From positions 1,312,001-1,376,000 of the forward strand of contig CAWGMA010000001.1 of assembly GCA_963823555.1 (NCBI GenBank): a stretch of 64,000 bases of DNA, given 5' to 3'. Of the stretch, positions 47,937-57,540 are shown one piece after another. This DNA is from Candidatus Eiseniibacteriota bacterium (GTDB taxonomy: Bacteria; Eisenbacteria; RBG-16-71-46; CAVPCR01). Below the pieces are notes generated by a model. That model searched no databases. It was not told where the DNA came from and saw only the letters and a program-made list of their open reading frames with translations. The position numbers and the translations under genes are program-made. Numbering within the stretch: the first letter of the stretch is position 1; each line of letters opens with the position of its first letter.

Positions 47937-49754
47937 TCATCCGGCCGCCACCGGGTCGAGGCCATCGCCCGGGCGATGGCCGTCTCGGAGCTGCCGCCGC
48001 AACAGGGCGAGCGTCGCCACCGCCGCCAGACGGTCATGGGCATCCACTTTCCGGTCGAGATGCGCCTTGAGCAGATCGGCGACTGCTTCGACATCCACGA
48101 GGTCATCGATCACGCTCCGATCCTCGATGAGTTCGGAGAAGAAGGCGCGAGCCCCGGTGCGGATCCACTCGTCGTAGTGCGCGTACTGCCGGTAGTCGTG
48201 TGGGCTGAAGTGGCCGCGAGTCAGCGACCGCAGGCCTCGCCAGCGGACCCACTCGATGGCGCGATGCATGGCGAGCACCGGGGCCGGCCCGGCCAAGGGG
48301 AGCCCGGTGGAGGTGTGCGGCACGCGGGCCAGATCGGGGAAGAAGCGCTTGATGAAGTGCGTGTAGGCCCGCTGGCCGTGGCGCGCGGCGACCGGTAGCG
48401 TGAGGCCGGCATCGATCACCTCATGATCGGCGAAGGGTGTGCGCACGAGAGCGGCGGCGCCCAGGATGACGGCCTGATAGGCGGTGAAACGGTGCATTCG
48501 AAGTTCGAGGTGGGCCCGCTCGGCCCCGCCGTAGGCGCCGTCACCCCGGTTGTAGACCTGCAAGTAGGCGTCATAGGCAGCTCCCTCTGCCTCCTTGAGA
48601 ACAGGGCGGCGGAGGATCCGCGGCAGCTCCTCGTCCTTGAAACCGGTCAGGTAACGGCGCTCGAAGAGAGCGCGGGCCCGGACCTCGCGCCGGGCGTGGA
48701 CTTCTTCCGGCCGGACCCGAGCCAGGTGGGCGCCGGAGTAGATCTCACCGAGGAGTCCGGAAAGGACCAGGCTCGGTCGCAGCGCCAGGCGCGGGTTCAG
48801 GCTCAGGATATGGAACATCGTCACCAGGGCCTGGCCGTCCGTCAGGTGCACGCCGCGGGGGCCGTACCGAGCGACGTACTCGGGACCGAGGGAGATCCGG
48901 TGGTGGCGCGTTCCAGCGATCCGAGCCATCTCGCTCGCATAGCGGCGATCGCGCGAATGCCCATGTCCGTAGGCCATGGTGACGAGTGGGCGGTGGCGGC
49001 TGGCGAGTCCGAGGAGGGCCCTGGAGTCGAGGCCTCCGGAAAGGGGCAGGCAGATTTCCAGCGGCGTGTCGATGGCCCGCGCCACGGCCGCGGCCAGTGC
49101 CTTCTCCATCACCTCCGAGGCGTGATCGAGGTCCGGAGGGGCGATCACCGGCACCGGCGGCTCCCAGACGCGCCGGATCAGAAGCTGCCCCTGGTGCCAT
49201 GTGGCCAAGCTCGCCGGGGGCAGCAGGCGGACGCCGGGGAACAGCGTGCGGTCGCCGAGCGGGAAGCCGGTCTGGAGCACCTGCCCGACCGCAGCGGCGT
49301 CGAAGTCGGCCCCGCTCGCCAGGGCCCGCGCGCGGCTGGCGATCAAGAGACGGCTGCCGTCGAGGCGATAGTAGAGACGGGCGATTCCCAGCCGATCGTT
49401 GACCAGGGTCGCGGTGGCGTCCCGTTCGTCGAACAGGCAGGCCGCGATGTTGCCGTTCAGATCAGACAGCGCTTCCGGGCCCTGCTCGGTCACGCGATCG
49501 AGCAGATGCTCGACAAGCGGGCGGCCGCCCAGCCCGAGTCCGGGGATATCGCCGGCGACGGCCAGCACGTGCGGTCCGCGGCGGGCAACACCGCCGTCCT
49601 CTCCCCCGATCCCGAGCGAGACATGGCCCAGCCAGGCTTGATCGGAGCCGGCCCTGGTGGCGATCGCGGTCGGAGCCATCAGGTGCGACCGGAGCAGCGA
49701 CTCGAGCGCGGGTTCCTGAACTCCGCCGCCGATCACTGCGGCGATGGCTGCCAT
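47937..49754 (-). CDS. Asparagine synthase-related protein lacking the N-terminal catalytic Cys
   Basis: NDRLG, LPLSGGLDSR PP-loop, RTPFAD; starts MAAIAA instead of MCGI. Confidence 0.8.
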   Translation of the reverse strand: MAAIAAVIGGGVQEPALESLLRSHLMAPTAIATRAGSDQAWLGHVSLGIGGEDGGVARRGPHVLAVAGDIPGLGLGGRPLVEHLLDRVTEQGPEALSDLNGNIAACLFDERDATATLVNDRLGIARLYYRLDGSRLLIASRARALASGADFDAAAVGQVLQTGFPLGDRTLFPGVRLLPPASLATWHQGQLLIRRVWEPPVPVIAPPDLDHASEVMEKALAAAVARAIDTPLEICLPLSGGLDSRALLGLASRHRPLVTMAYGHGHSRDRRYASEMARIAGTRHHRISLGPEYVARYGPRGVHLTDGQALVTMFHILSLNPRLALRPSLVLSGLLGEIYSGAHLARVRPEEVHARREVRARALFERRYLTGFKDEELPRILRRPVLKEAEGAAYDAYLQVYNRGDGAYGGAERAHLELRMHRFTAYQAVILGAAALVRTPFADHEVIDAGLTLPVAARHGQRAYTHFIKRFFPDLARVPHTSTGLPLAGPAPVLAMHRAIEWVRWRGLRSLTRGHFSPHDYRQYAHYDEWIRTGARAFFSELIEDRSVIDDLVDVEAVADLLKAHLDRKVDAHDRLAAVATLALLRRQLRDGHRPGDGLDPVAAG

Positions 49755-49768
49755 GCTTCGCCTTTCAC

Positions 49769-51265
49769 CTATACCGGGGGCAGGGGCGCGGCCTCTCTCT
49801 GCCTGCCCAGCCGACGAGCCTGAAGGTCGCGCGCCAGCTCCGCCCGCAGGGCATCGACGCGCTGGAACCGGATCAGCACGAAGAAGATGATGTACGTCGC
49901 GGCGCCGATCGCCGTCGAGGTCCCGAGCATCGCCGGGGACAGGGTCTCCAGCCAGCGCCTCGCCACATGCTGCCAGCCGAGGACCATGCCGCTCATCACC
50001 AAGACGCCGGCCAGGGCCGGAGCCAGGGCTTGGAGGTAGGTGCGCCAGCGCATTCCAGTCATCCGGCCGAGCAGCGTCTGCATCATGATTAGCATATTGA
50101 GGGAGGCGATGACCACCGCGACGGCGACACCGGTGGTCCCGTAGCGGCTGCCGACGATCGTGCCGACGACGAGAACAGCGAGGTTGATGAGTTGGCGCCG
50201 GATCTCGGCGCCGATCTGGGCTTTGGCCTCGACGATCGCCCCAACGAAGGTGGAAACGGATTTCATCATTCCGGCCACGCACATGATCTGCAGGGGCAGC
50301 ACGGTCGGCAGCCACTTCTCGCCGTAGATGACGACCACGAAGGACGGCGCCACCAGGGCGAGGCCGGTCAGGAACGGAAAGCTGACGAGCGAGGTCGCGG
50401 TCACGATGCGCGAGTACCCGCTGATGATGCGCGCGTTATCGTCCTGGATACGAGCGAACGCCGGAAAGAGGACCTGCATGATGACCCGCGAGACCTGGGT
50501 CAAGGGCAGGGTCATCAGGCTATAGGCGCGGGTGTAGTAGCCGAGGTCGGCGGTGCCGAGCCGGCGCCCGATCACGAAGTAGTCGACGTTCGCCGCCATG
50601 TAATTGATGATCCGCTTGAGCGTCAACCCGGCCCCGAAGCCGAGGAGGTCACGAAGCGCTGCCGTGCTCCAGGCGAGACCGGGCCTCCAGTCGGAGATCG
50701 TGAGTAGGATGACGGCACGCGTCACGGACTGGGCGATCCCGGCCCAGGCGATGGCCCACACCCCGAAGCCCCTGAAGGCTAGTGCGATGGCCACGGCGCC
50801 ATGCACGACTGCGGCCACCATTTCGACCTGGGCGATGGAGCGGAAACGCAGGGCGCGGCTCATCATGGAGAAGGAGACGGAGCTCATGGAATTGATGAAG
50901 AAATTCCATGCGGTCACCATCAGTACGGGCCCGGCGAGCGGGTTCTTGAAGTAGCGGCTGATCCAGGGCGACGCCACGGAAAGCGCCAGCACGACCCCCG
51001 CCGAGGTGAGGAGGTTCATGGCGAGCATCGAGCGGCAGTGCGTGTCGGTGACCTCCTTGCGCTGCACGAGGGCCGACCCCAGTCCGATGTTGGCGACGGT
51101 CGCGGCCAGCCCGGTGAAGATGCTGGTCACGGCGAACACGCCGAAGTCGGTCGGAGAGAGCAGCCGCGCCAGGACCACGCCGACCCCGAACTGGAAAGCC
51201 TGGATCAGGATGTTGGAGGACAGGGTCCAGGCGATGCCCCGCTTGGCCGAGGCCGCCACACTCAT
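49769..51265 (-). CDS. wzx: Wzx-type polysaccharide flippase
   Basis: LARLLSPTDFG, LG.ALVQ, LGYYTRAY, LFPAFAR; ~12 TM helices. Confidence 0.9.
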   Translation of the reverse strand: MSVAASAKRGIAWTLSSNILIQAFQFGVGVVLARLLSPTDFGVFAVTSIFTGLAATVANIGLGSALVQRKEVTDTHCRSMLAMNLLTSAGVVLALSVASPWISRYFKNPLAGPVLMVTAWNFFINSMSSVSFSMMSRALRFRSIAQVEMVAAVVHGAVAIALAFRGFGVWAIAWAGIAQSVTRAVILLTISDWRPGLAWSTAALRDLLGFGAGLTLKRIINYMAANVDYFVIGRRLGTADLGYYTRAYSLMTLPLTQVSRVIMQVLFPAFARIQDDNARIISGYSRIVTATSLVSFPFLTGLALVAPSFVVVIYGEKWLPTVLPLQIMCVAGMMKSVSTFVGAIVEAKAQIGAEIRRQLINLAVLVVGTIVGSRYGTTGVAVAVVIASLNMLIMMQTLLGRMTGMRWRTYLQALAPALAGVLVMSGMVLGWQHVARRWLETLSPAMLGTSTAIGAATYIIFFVLIRFQRVDALRAELARDLQARRLGRQREAAPLPPV

Positions 51266-53400
51266 CGGGTGGGCCCATCTTCGGTCACCGTCTCCGTGCC
51301 GGCCGCTGTATGGACGGCAACGCACGTCACCCCATCCCTTCCCAGATGGACTGGCGGAGCGGCGATCTCGAGGAGGCGGGCCTTCATGTCCGGTGAGAAG
51401 TAGCTGTTGTCGGGAGCGAGGACATTGAGGTCGGAGAAGACCCACAACCGGTGGCCACGCTCGGCGGCCAGTATCTGCTCCAGATCGGCGAGGGTCACGA
51501 CCCGCCGGGCACCGGTGATGTGATGGCGGACAGGGATCCACCCGCCAAAGTCCTCGGTCCGTTCCGATACCACGTAGTCGACCTGGCCCATGTAGTAGTC
51601 GTAGATCGACGACCAGTACGGCGGCCCCACGACGAGGACGCGATCTCCGGCGGTGAGCCTGGCGGCGACGAAGGCTGCCGGATCCTTGTGATCCTGGTGG
51701 AAACGGGCATAGGGCTCCCAGCTCAGGATGGAACGGATCGGGTCGCGTGGAGTCGCATAGTCGCCCCCGACAACGGTTGCGATCTGGCGGGGGGCGAGAT
51801 CGGGCGAGATGAGGACGGCGAGTGCCACCACCAGCGCTCCCTCGACGAGTGGGCGGAAGCGAAAGGCATGGCCGAGCAAGGCGGCGCCCACGTCGAGGAT
51901 GGCCCCGATGGCACGCCCGGCAACGGCGAGGGCCGCGGCCAGGAGCGTGACGATGAACGGGTAGAGGTGGAAGTGGTAGCGCGATTCATTGTGGATCTCA
52001 CGGGTCGCCGTGATCGCCAGGAGCGGCAGCAGGAGCGCAGCCACGGCGAACAGATCACCGCCCCGGCGCCGATCGGCCGCGAAGCGGACCAGGAGAACGA
52101 CGATCGTGATGCCGACGAGAAGACTGGGAATCGGCCACGCTTGAATGAACCAGCTGAGCGCGCGTTCGGCGACCGGCGGGTAGCCCAAGAGAACGTCGGC
52201 GGTCGAACGCCGGGCACCCCACGAGGTCTCGAGCAGCTGCGGATGGAGGATCACGTACAGCAGCCAGTAGCCGGCCAGGATGAGGGTGGCGGCGAGCGCC
52301 GGCCCAAGCGGACGTTTTCCGAGATCGCGCCGTCCGCCGCGCAAGAGGATCATGTAGGCGAGGACCAGTCCCAGAGCCAGGCCGATCAGGTTGAGAAAGG
52401 CGGCAGCGACGATCCCGAGCGCCCACAGGGCGCGCAGGCGTCGACCCGGCCTGCGGAGCGCAAGGATGATGGCTGCGGCGGCGACGGCGGCGAGTAACGC
52501 GGCACCGAGCACGATCCCCGGATCCTCGGCGCGGATCTCCAGTGGCAGTAGCACCGGCGGCACGAGGAGGTAGGTCTTGACGAGGCGCGCTGCCGGGCCG
52601 TCCGCTTCGACCGTGGCGGTCGCTGACGGAACCGATGGCGTCTCGCGCATCAGGAGCCGGGCCTCGTAGCGGTGGAATCCGAACCAGAGGATGGCGAGGG
52701 CGATCACCGGCAGGAGCAAGCTCAGGGTGCGTCGCGGGCTGCGGTCCGGCGAGGTCGCTGCCGGTGGTGATACGAACAGCGGAACGGCATAGAAGAGAAG
52801 GGCGAAGATCCCGAGCTGATGCGTGGCGACGGCAACCGCACCAGCGAGGAAGGCAAGCCAGCGGTCGCGCCGGCTGCCCCCCGCCAAGTAGCCCCGATAG
52901 AACGCCGCCGCAAAGGCCAGGAAGGCGAGCGCGAGCAGGGTGTACATGCGCGCATAGCGAGACAGCGAGAGCTCCCAGACCGAGAAGGCCATCAGGAAGG
53001 CGGCGATGAGCCCCGTCCGCCGGCCGAAGAGCATGCGGGAGTAGATGAAGACGAGGATGACCGCCAGCGCACCGAAGATCGCAGCAGGCAGGCGCAGGCC
53101 CCACTCGGTGACGCCGCTCAGGGCGCAGACCAGAGCTTCGCAGTAGATGAACGGGCCGCCCCGCAGGTAGATGTTCCCCGAAGGGACGAGGGGAACGCCG
53201 GTGGCGAGCACACCCTCGACAGCCAGAGCCTGGTGGCCCTCATCGGCGATCAAGCCCAGTCGGCCGAGATCGTGGAGACGAAGGATCAGGGCGACCGCCG
53301 TGAGCGCGATGACGACGAGCCAAGCCCGATCGAGCCGGCGCTGCTGGCGCCGGGCATGCGGCCCGGTGTCGGCAGGTCGTGCGACTGCCGTGGATGTCAC
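51262..53400 (-). CDS. GT-C fold membrane glycosyltransferase (PMT_2/ArnT-like)
   Basis: LRL..LG....DE, LRLPAAIFG, SRYARMY; polytopic; AGGAGG RBS. Confidence 0.8.
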   Translation of the reverse strand: MTSTAVARPADTGPHARRQQRRLDRAWLVVIALTAVALILRLHDLGRLGLIADEGHQALAVEGVLATGVPLVPSGNIYLRGGPFIYCEALVCALSGVTEWGLRLPAAIFGALAVILVFIYSRMLFGRRTGLIAAFLMAFSVWELSLSRYARMYTLLALAFLAFAAAFYRGYLAGGSRRDRWLAFLAGAVAVATHQLGIFALLFYAVPLFVSPPAATSPDRSPRRTLSLLLPVIALAILWFGFHRYEARLLMRETPSVPSATATVEADGPAARLVKTYLLVPPVLLPLEIRAEDPGIVLGAALLAAVAAAAIILALRRPGRRLRALWALGIVAAAFLNLIGLALGLVLAYMILLRGGRRDLGKRPLGPALAATLILAGYWLLYVILHPQLLETSWGARRSTADVLLGYPPVAERALSWFIQAWPIPSLLVGITIVVLLVRFAADRRRGGDLFAVAALLLPLLAITATREIHNESRYHFHLYPFIVTLLAAALAVAGRAIGAILDVGAALLGHAFRFRPLVEGALVVALAVLISPDLAPRQIATVVGGDYATPRDPIRSILSWEPYARFHQDHKDPAAFVAARLTAGDRVLVVGPPYWSSIYDYYMGQVDYVVSERTEDFGGWIPVRHHITGARRVVTLADLEQILAAERGHRLWVFSDLNVLAPDNSYFSPDMKARLLEIAAPPVHLGRDGVTCVAVHTAAGTETVTEDGPTR

Positions 53401-53410
53401 CGCCACCCTC

Positions 53411-54451
53411 CTAGGCGGAACGTCCGCTGTTTTCGAGGTTCACGACTTTGGCCGGATCGGAGCCGAAACCGAGCGTTTCGCGAACGGCGTAGATCGGCTT
53501 GTCCTGGGATTCGTGGTATGTGCGCGCCATCATCTCGGCCAGGAGTCCCATGGAAATGAACTGGACTCCAGTCGAGATGAGAAGGACACCCAGGAGGAGG
53601 AGCGGCCGGCGGGATAGCTCTTCCTTGAACAGGATGCGCATGACGGCCAGATAGCCGGAGATGAGGACGCCGGAGAACAGGCACAGCGCGCCCCAGAACC
53701 CGAACACATGCAGCGGCTGCGTGGAGAAGCTGAGCAGGAACTTCACCGTGATGAGATCGAGTAGCACGCGAAAGGTGCGTCCGATGCCGTACTTGGTGTG
53801 ACCGAAGCGTCGTGGATGATGGTTGACGGGCAACTCGGCGATCCGCGAACCGTACCAGCTGGCAAGAGCCGGTATGAAGCGGTGCATCTCTCCGTAAAGG
53901 TGGACGTTCTTCACGACGTCGGCGCGATAGGCCTTGAGCGAGCACCCGTAGTCGTGGAGCCTGACGCCGGTGACCTTTCCGATGAGCCAGTTGGCGAGCA
54001 TCGAGGGCAAGCGCCGGGACACGAGATGATCCTGGCGGTCCACCCGCCATCCCGACACCACATCGTAGCCCTCCTCGAGCTTGGCCACCAGGCGCGGGAT
54101 GTCCGCCGGGTCATTCTGCAGATCGGCATCCATTGGAATGATGATCCGACCCCGGGAGTAGCGGAAGGCAGCGGACATGGCGGCGGTCTGCCCGAAGTTG
54201 CGGCGCAGCCGCACCACCCGTACGTGGGGGTCGCGTGCCTGGATCTCGGCGAGCACGGCAAAGCTGCCGTCGGATGATCCATCGTCTACGAACAGGATCT
54301 CGTAGGACCGGCGGTACTCCACCAGCGTCTCGGTGATCGCCGCGTGCAAGGTCGTCAGGCTCTGCTCCTCGTTGTACACGGGAACGACGATCGAGATGTC
54401 GAGGAGCGGCGTGACCGCGGCAGCGGCGTGGGCGGAGCGCTCGGGAGGCAT
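53411..54451 (-). CDS. GT2 polyprenol-phosphate glycosyltransferase (ArnC/GtrB-like)
   Basis: VPVYNE, DDGS.D, RNFGQTAA, DADLQNDP, DYGCSLK, MHRFIP, 2 C-terminal TMs. Confidence 0.92.
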   Translation of the reverse strand: MPPERSAHAAAAVTPLLDISIVVPVYNEEQSLTTLHAAITETLVEYRRSYEILFVDDGSSDGSFAVLAEIQARDPHVRVVRLRRNFGQTAAMSAAFRYSRGRIIIPMDADLQNDPADIPRLVAKLEEGYDVVSGWRVDRQDHLVSRRLPSMLANWLIGKVTGVRLHDYGCSLKAYRADVVKNVHLYGEMHRFIPALASWYGSRIAELPVNHHPRRFGHTKYGIGRTFRVLLDLITVKFLLSFSTQPLHVFGFWGALCLFSGVLISGYLAVMRILFKEELSRRPLLLLGVLLISTGVQFISMGLLAEMMARTYHESQDKPIYAVRETLGFGSDPAKVVNLENSGRSA

Positions 54452-54461
54452 GGCATCACTC

Positions 54462-55439
54462 CTACGGGCGTTGGCCCTGGGCGGAGGCGACTTCGCTCAT
54501 CGATTGAAACCAATCGAAGGTCCGCCGCAGTCCCGACTCGAAATCGACGTTGGGTTCGTAGCCGAGGAGCTTCCGCGCGCGGCTGATATCGGCCTGGGAG
54601 TGCTTGACATCGCCGGGCCGCGGATCGTCATGATGGGGCTGGAGCGAAACGGCGGCGAACTCGACGAGCTTGCGACAGAGGGCCCCGACCGAGGCGCGTC
54701 GACCGCAGGCGATGTTGATGGCCTTCCCGACCGCCTCGGGCGCGTCGGCCGCCAGCAGGTTGGCGGCCACGACATCCGAGACAAAGGTGAAGTCGCGGGA
54801 CTGTTCGCCGTCGCCGTAGATGATCGGCTGCTCACCGCGAAAGATCCGGGAGAGGAAGATCGGAATCACTGCCGCGTACTCGGAGTCGGCCGTTTGCCGT
54901 GGGCCGAATACATTGAAGTATCGCAGTGTCACCGTCTCGAGTCCGCACACGTGATGGAAGACGCGCATGTACTCCTCGCCGGCGAGCTTGGTCACGCCGT
55001 AAGGCGAGATCGGTAGGGGGCGTTGCTCCTCGTGCTTGGGGAGGTCGGGTGCGTTGCCGTAGACCGAGGAGGAACCGGCGAATACGACGCGACGCACCCC
55101 GCCCGCCCGTGCCGCCTCGAGAACGTGGACCGTCCCGCCGACATTCACCGCATTGACGACTGCCGGCTCGTCGATCGAGCGCTGCACCGAAGCCAGCGCC
55201 GCTTCGTGGAAGATGACCTCGATGTCCTCGGCAGCGCGATGTACGGCGTCAACGTCGCGCAGATCCCCCTCGACGATCTCGAGCTGTCCGGCCTGGGCCG
55301 CGGCGGGAAAGACCAGGTTCGAGCGCTTACCGGTCGAGAAGTTGTCGAAGACCCGCACCTGATGGCCGTCGGCGAGTAGCCGTTCGACGAGATGGGAGCC
55401 GATGAAGCCGGCGCCGCCGGTGACCAGATAGCGCTGCAT
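54462..55439 (-). CDS. NAD-dependent nucleotide-sugar epimerase (WbpP/TviC-like SDR)
   Basis: TGGAGFIGS, SSSVYG, YGVTK, LRYFNVFGPRQ. Confidence 0.93.
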   Translation of the reverse strand: MQRYLVTGGAGFIGSHLVERLLADGHQVRVFDNFSTGKRSNLVFPAAAQAGQLEIVEGDLRDVDAVHRAAEDIEVIFHEAALASVQRSIDEPAVVNAVNVGGTVHVLEAARAGGVRRVVFAGSSSVYGNAPDLPKHEEQRPLPISPYGVTKLAGEEYMRVFHHVCGLETVTLRYFNVFGPRQTADSEYAAVIPIFLSRIFRGEQPIIYGDGEQSRDFTFVSDVVAANLLAADAPEAVGKAINIACGRRASVGALCRKLVEFAAVSLQPHHDDPRPGDVKHSQADISRARKLLGYEPNVDFESGLRRTFDWFQSMSEVASAQGQRP

Positions 55440-55514
55440 GCCCTTCCTCGTGATGTTCAGGTGGCGTCCCGCTCTCCCCGCGGCTGGGGGGTGAGCGGTC
55501 ACGCCGGCTTTCCC

Positions 55515-56816
55515 CTAGATGCGAACGATATGCGGAGCCCGGGTGCCCTTGAGCGAGTTTCGGGTATCGAGGATCAGCCGGGCATGGCGGACGATCGTCC
55601 CATAGTCGAATGCGCTATGGGCAGTCGTGATGATTGTGCAGTCGGCCTCCTTGAGCAGCTTCGGAGTGAGCCGATGACCGGTTACGACCGCTCCGGCGCC
55701 ATGCCCGAGCTCGAGCTCGGTGACGAACGGATCATGGAACTTCACCTCCGCTCCACGGTCGGTGAGCAGCTTGTAGATATCGATCGCCGGTGACTCGCGC
55801 GTGTCGTCGATGTCGGCCTTGTAGGTCACGCCGAGCATGAGGACCTTCGAGCCATTGAGGCTCTTCCGGCGCTCGTTGAGCGCCTCCATGACCTTGCTGA
55901 CGACATGATGCGGCATGGAGCTATTGACTTGCCCCGCGAGCTCGATGAAGCGAGCCTCGAATCCGTCTTGCTTCGCCTTCCAGGATAGATAGAAGGGGTC
56001 GATGGGGATGCAGTGTCCGCCGAGCCCGGGTCCGGGATAGAAGGGCATGAAGCCGAAGGGCTTGGTGGCCGCCGCGTCGATTACCTCCCAGACATCGATG
56101 TTCATCTTGTCGCACATGAGCGCGAGCTCGTTGACCAGTCCGATGTTGACGGAGCGAAAGGTGTTCTCGAGGAGCTTCACCATCTCGGCGACGCGGGTCG
56201 AGGACACCGGGACCACGGTCTCGAGCGTATGGCTGTAGAGGAGCTGTGCCAGCTCCGTGCACTGGGGCGTAACGCCGCCGACCACCTTGGGAATGTTGTG
56301 GGTCTGGAACCGCTTGTTGCCGGGGTCGACGCGCTCAGGAGAGAAGGCCAGGAAGAAATCCCTCCCGACCTTGAGGCCGGTGGACTCGAGGCGCGGCAAG
56401 ATCAGCTCGTCCGTCGTGCCCGGATAGGTTGTGCTCTCGAGGATGATCAGCTGGTCCTTGTGCAGTCGCGTCCGGATCTCCTCCACCGCAGCGACGATGT
56501 AGGAGACGTCGGGGTCTCGCGTCTTGCGGAGTGGAGTCGGCACGCAGATGTTCACGGAATCCACCTCGGCGAGGTGGCTGAAGTCCGTCGTGGCGCGCAG
56601 CTTCTTCTTGACGCTGCGCAGGCGTCGGGTCGGGACGTCGCCGATGTAGGAATCGCCGCGCTCGAGGCGCGCCACCTTGTCGGGATCGACGTCGAACCCG
56701 ATGACGTGGAATCCGGAGCCTGCGAACTCGACGGCGAGCGGTAGCCCGACATAGCCGAGCCCGATGACGCCGAGTGTGGCGGATTTATTTGCGAGTTTCT
56801 GCTTGAGGCGTGACAA
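55515..56816 (-). CDS. UDP-N-acetylhexosamine 6-dehydrogenase (WbpA/WbpO-like)
   Basis: GLGYVGLP, CVPTP, ESTTYPG, KLLENTFR, GGHCIP.DP. Confidence 0.93.
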   Translation of the reverse strand: MSRLKQKLANKSATLGVIGLGYVGLPLAVEFAGSGFHVIGFDVDPDKVARLERGDSYIGDVPTRRLRSVKKKLRATTDFSHLAEVDSVNICVPTPLRKTRDPDVSYIVAAVEEIRTRLHKDQLIILESTTYPGTTDELILPRLESTGLKVGRDFFLAFSPERVDPGNKRFQTHNIPKVVGGVTPQCTELAQLLYSHTLETVVPVSSTRVAEMVKLLENTFRSVNIGLVNELALMCDKMNIDVWEVIDAAATKPFGFMPFYPGPGLGGHCIPIDPFYLSWKAKQDGFEARFIELAGQVNSSMPHHVVSKVMEALNERRKSLNGSKVLMLGVTYKADIDDTRESPAIDIYKLLTDRGAEVKFHDPFVTELELGHGAGAVVTGHRLTPKLLKEADCTIITTAHSAFDYGTIVRHARLILDTRNSLKGTRAPHIVRI

Positions 56817-57540
56817 GGGTCACCTCACCGCGAGCCGGGCCGCGATCCTTGAGCCGCGGGACTTCTTCTTCATAACCGTAGTACTTGTAGTCGTAGTAGT
56901 ACGGCAGGGCTTCAGAGGCGTTGTTGACGACGACGCCGAGGACATTGGCCTCGACGTTGGAAAGCAGGTCGCGGGCACGTCGCACCACCTGGCGCGGCGT
57001 CTTGCCGGCGAGGACGACGAGGATGACGCCGTCCATCTCCGGGGCCAGGAGGAGCGGATCGGACACTGGTAGGAGCGGCGGGCTGTCGACCAGGATGAGA
57101 TCGAACTCCGTGGCCAGCTTGGCGAAGGTCTGTTGAATGACATCCGTCTGGAAGAGCTTCGAAGGGCCCGAGACGACTCGACCTGACGTGATCACCTTGA
57201 GGTTGGGTTGCGGCGTGTCCTTGAGCACGGCCTTGAGCGGCAGGATGCCACGCATGAAATCGGTCATGCCCCTTGCTTGCGGGACCCCGTAGAGCTCGTG
57301 GACGCGTGGCTTGCGCAGGTCGCAGTCCACCAGGGCGATCCGGCCCTGATTGTGGCGGGCGACGGTGAGGGCCAGATGGGCGCAAGTCGTCGATTTCCCC
57401 TCGCCGCGGCGCGAGCTGGTGATCTGCAGGGTGCGCAGGGGATTGCCGGCAGCCTCGCGCTCGATCCGGACCTGAAGACGCCTGAACTCGGTCCCGGCTG
57501 GCGACTCGTCGGCGAATTTCTCGAAGATGTTGTGGTTCAT
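56785..57540 (-). CDS. CpsD/CapB-family bacterial tyrosine kinase
   Basis: TSS..GEGKST, DCDLRKP, DSPP, C-terminal Tyr cluster YYYDYKYYGY. Confidence 0.92.
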   Translation of the reverse strand: MNHNIFEKFADESPAGTEFRRLQVRIEREAAGNPLRTLQITSSRRGEGKSTTCAHLALTVARHNQGRIALVDCDLRKPRVHELYGVPQARGMTDFMRGILPLKAVLKDTPQPNLKVITSGRVVSGPSKLFQTDVIQQTFAKLATEFDLILVDSPPLLPVSDPLLLAPEMDGVILVVLAGKTPRQVVRRARDLLSNVEANVLGVVVNNASEALPYYYDYKYYGYEEEVPRLKDRGPARGEVTLVTPQAETRK

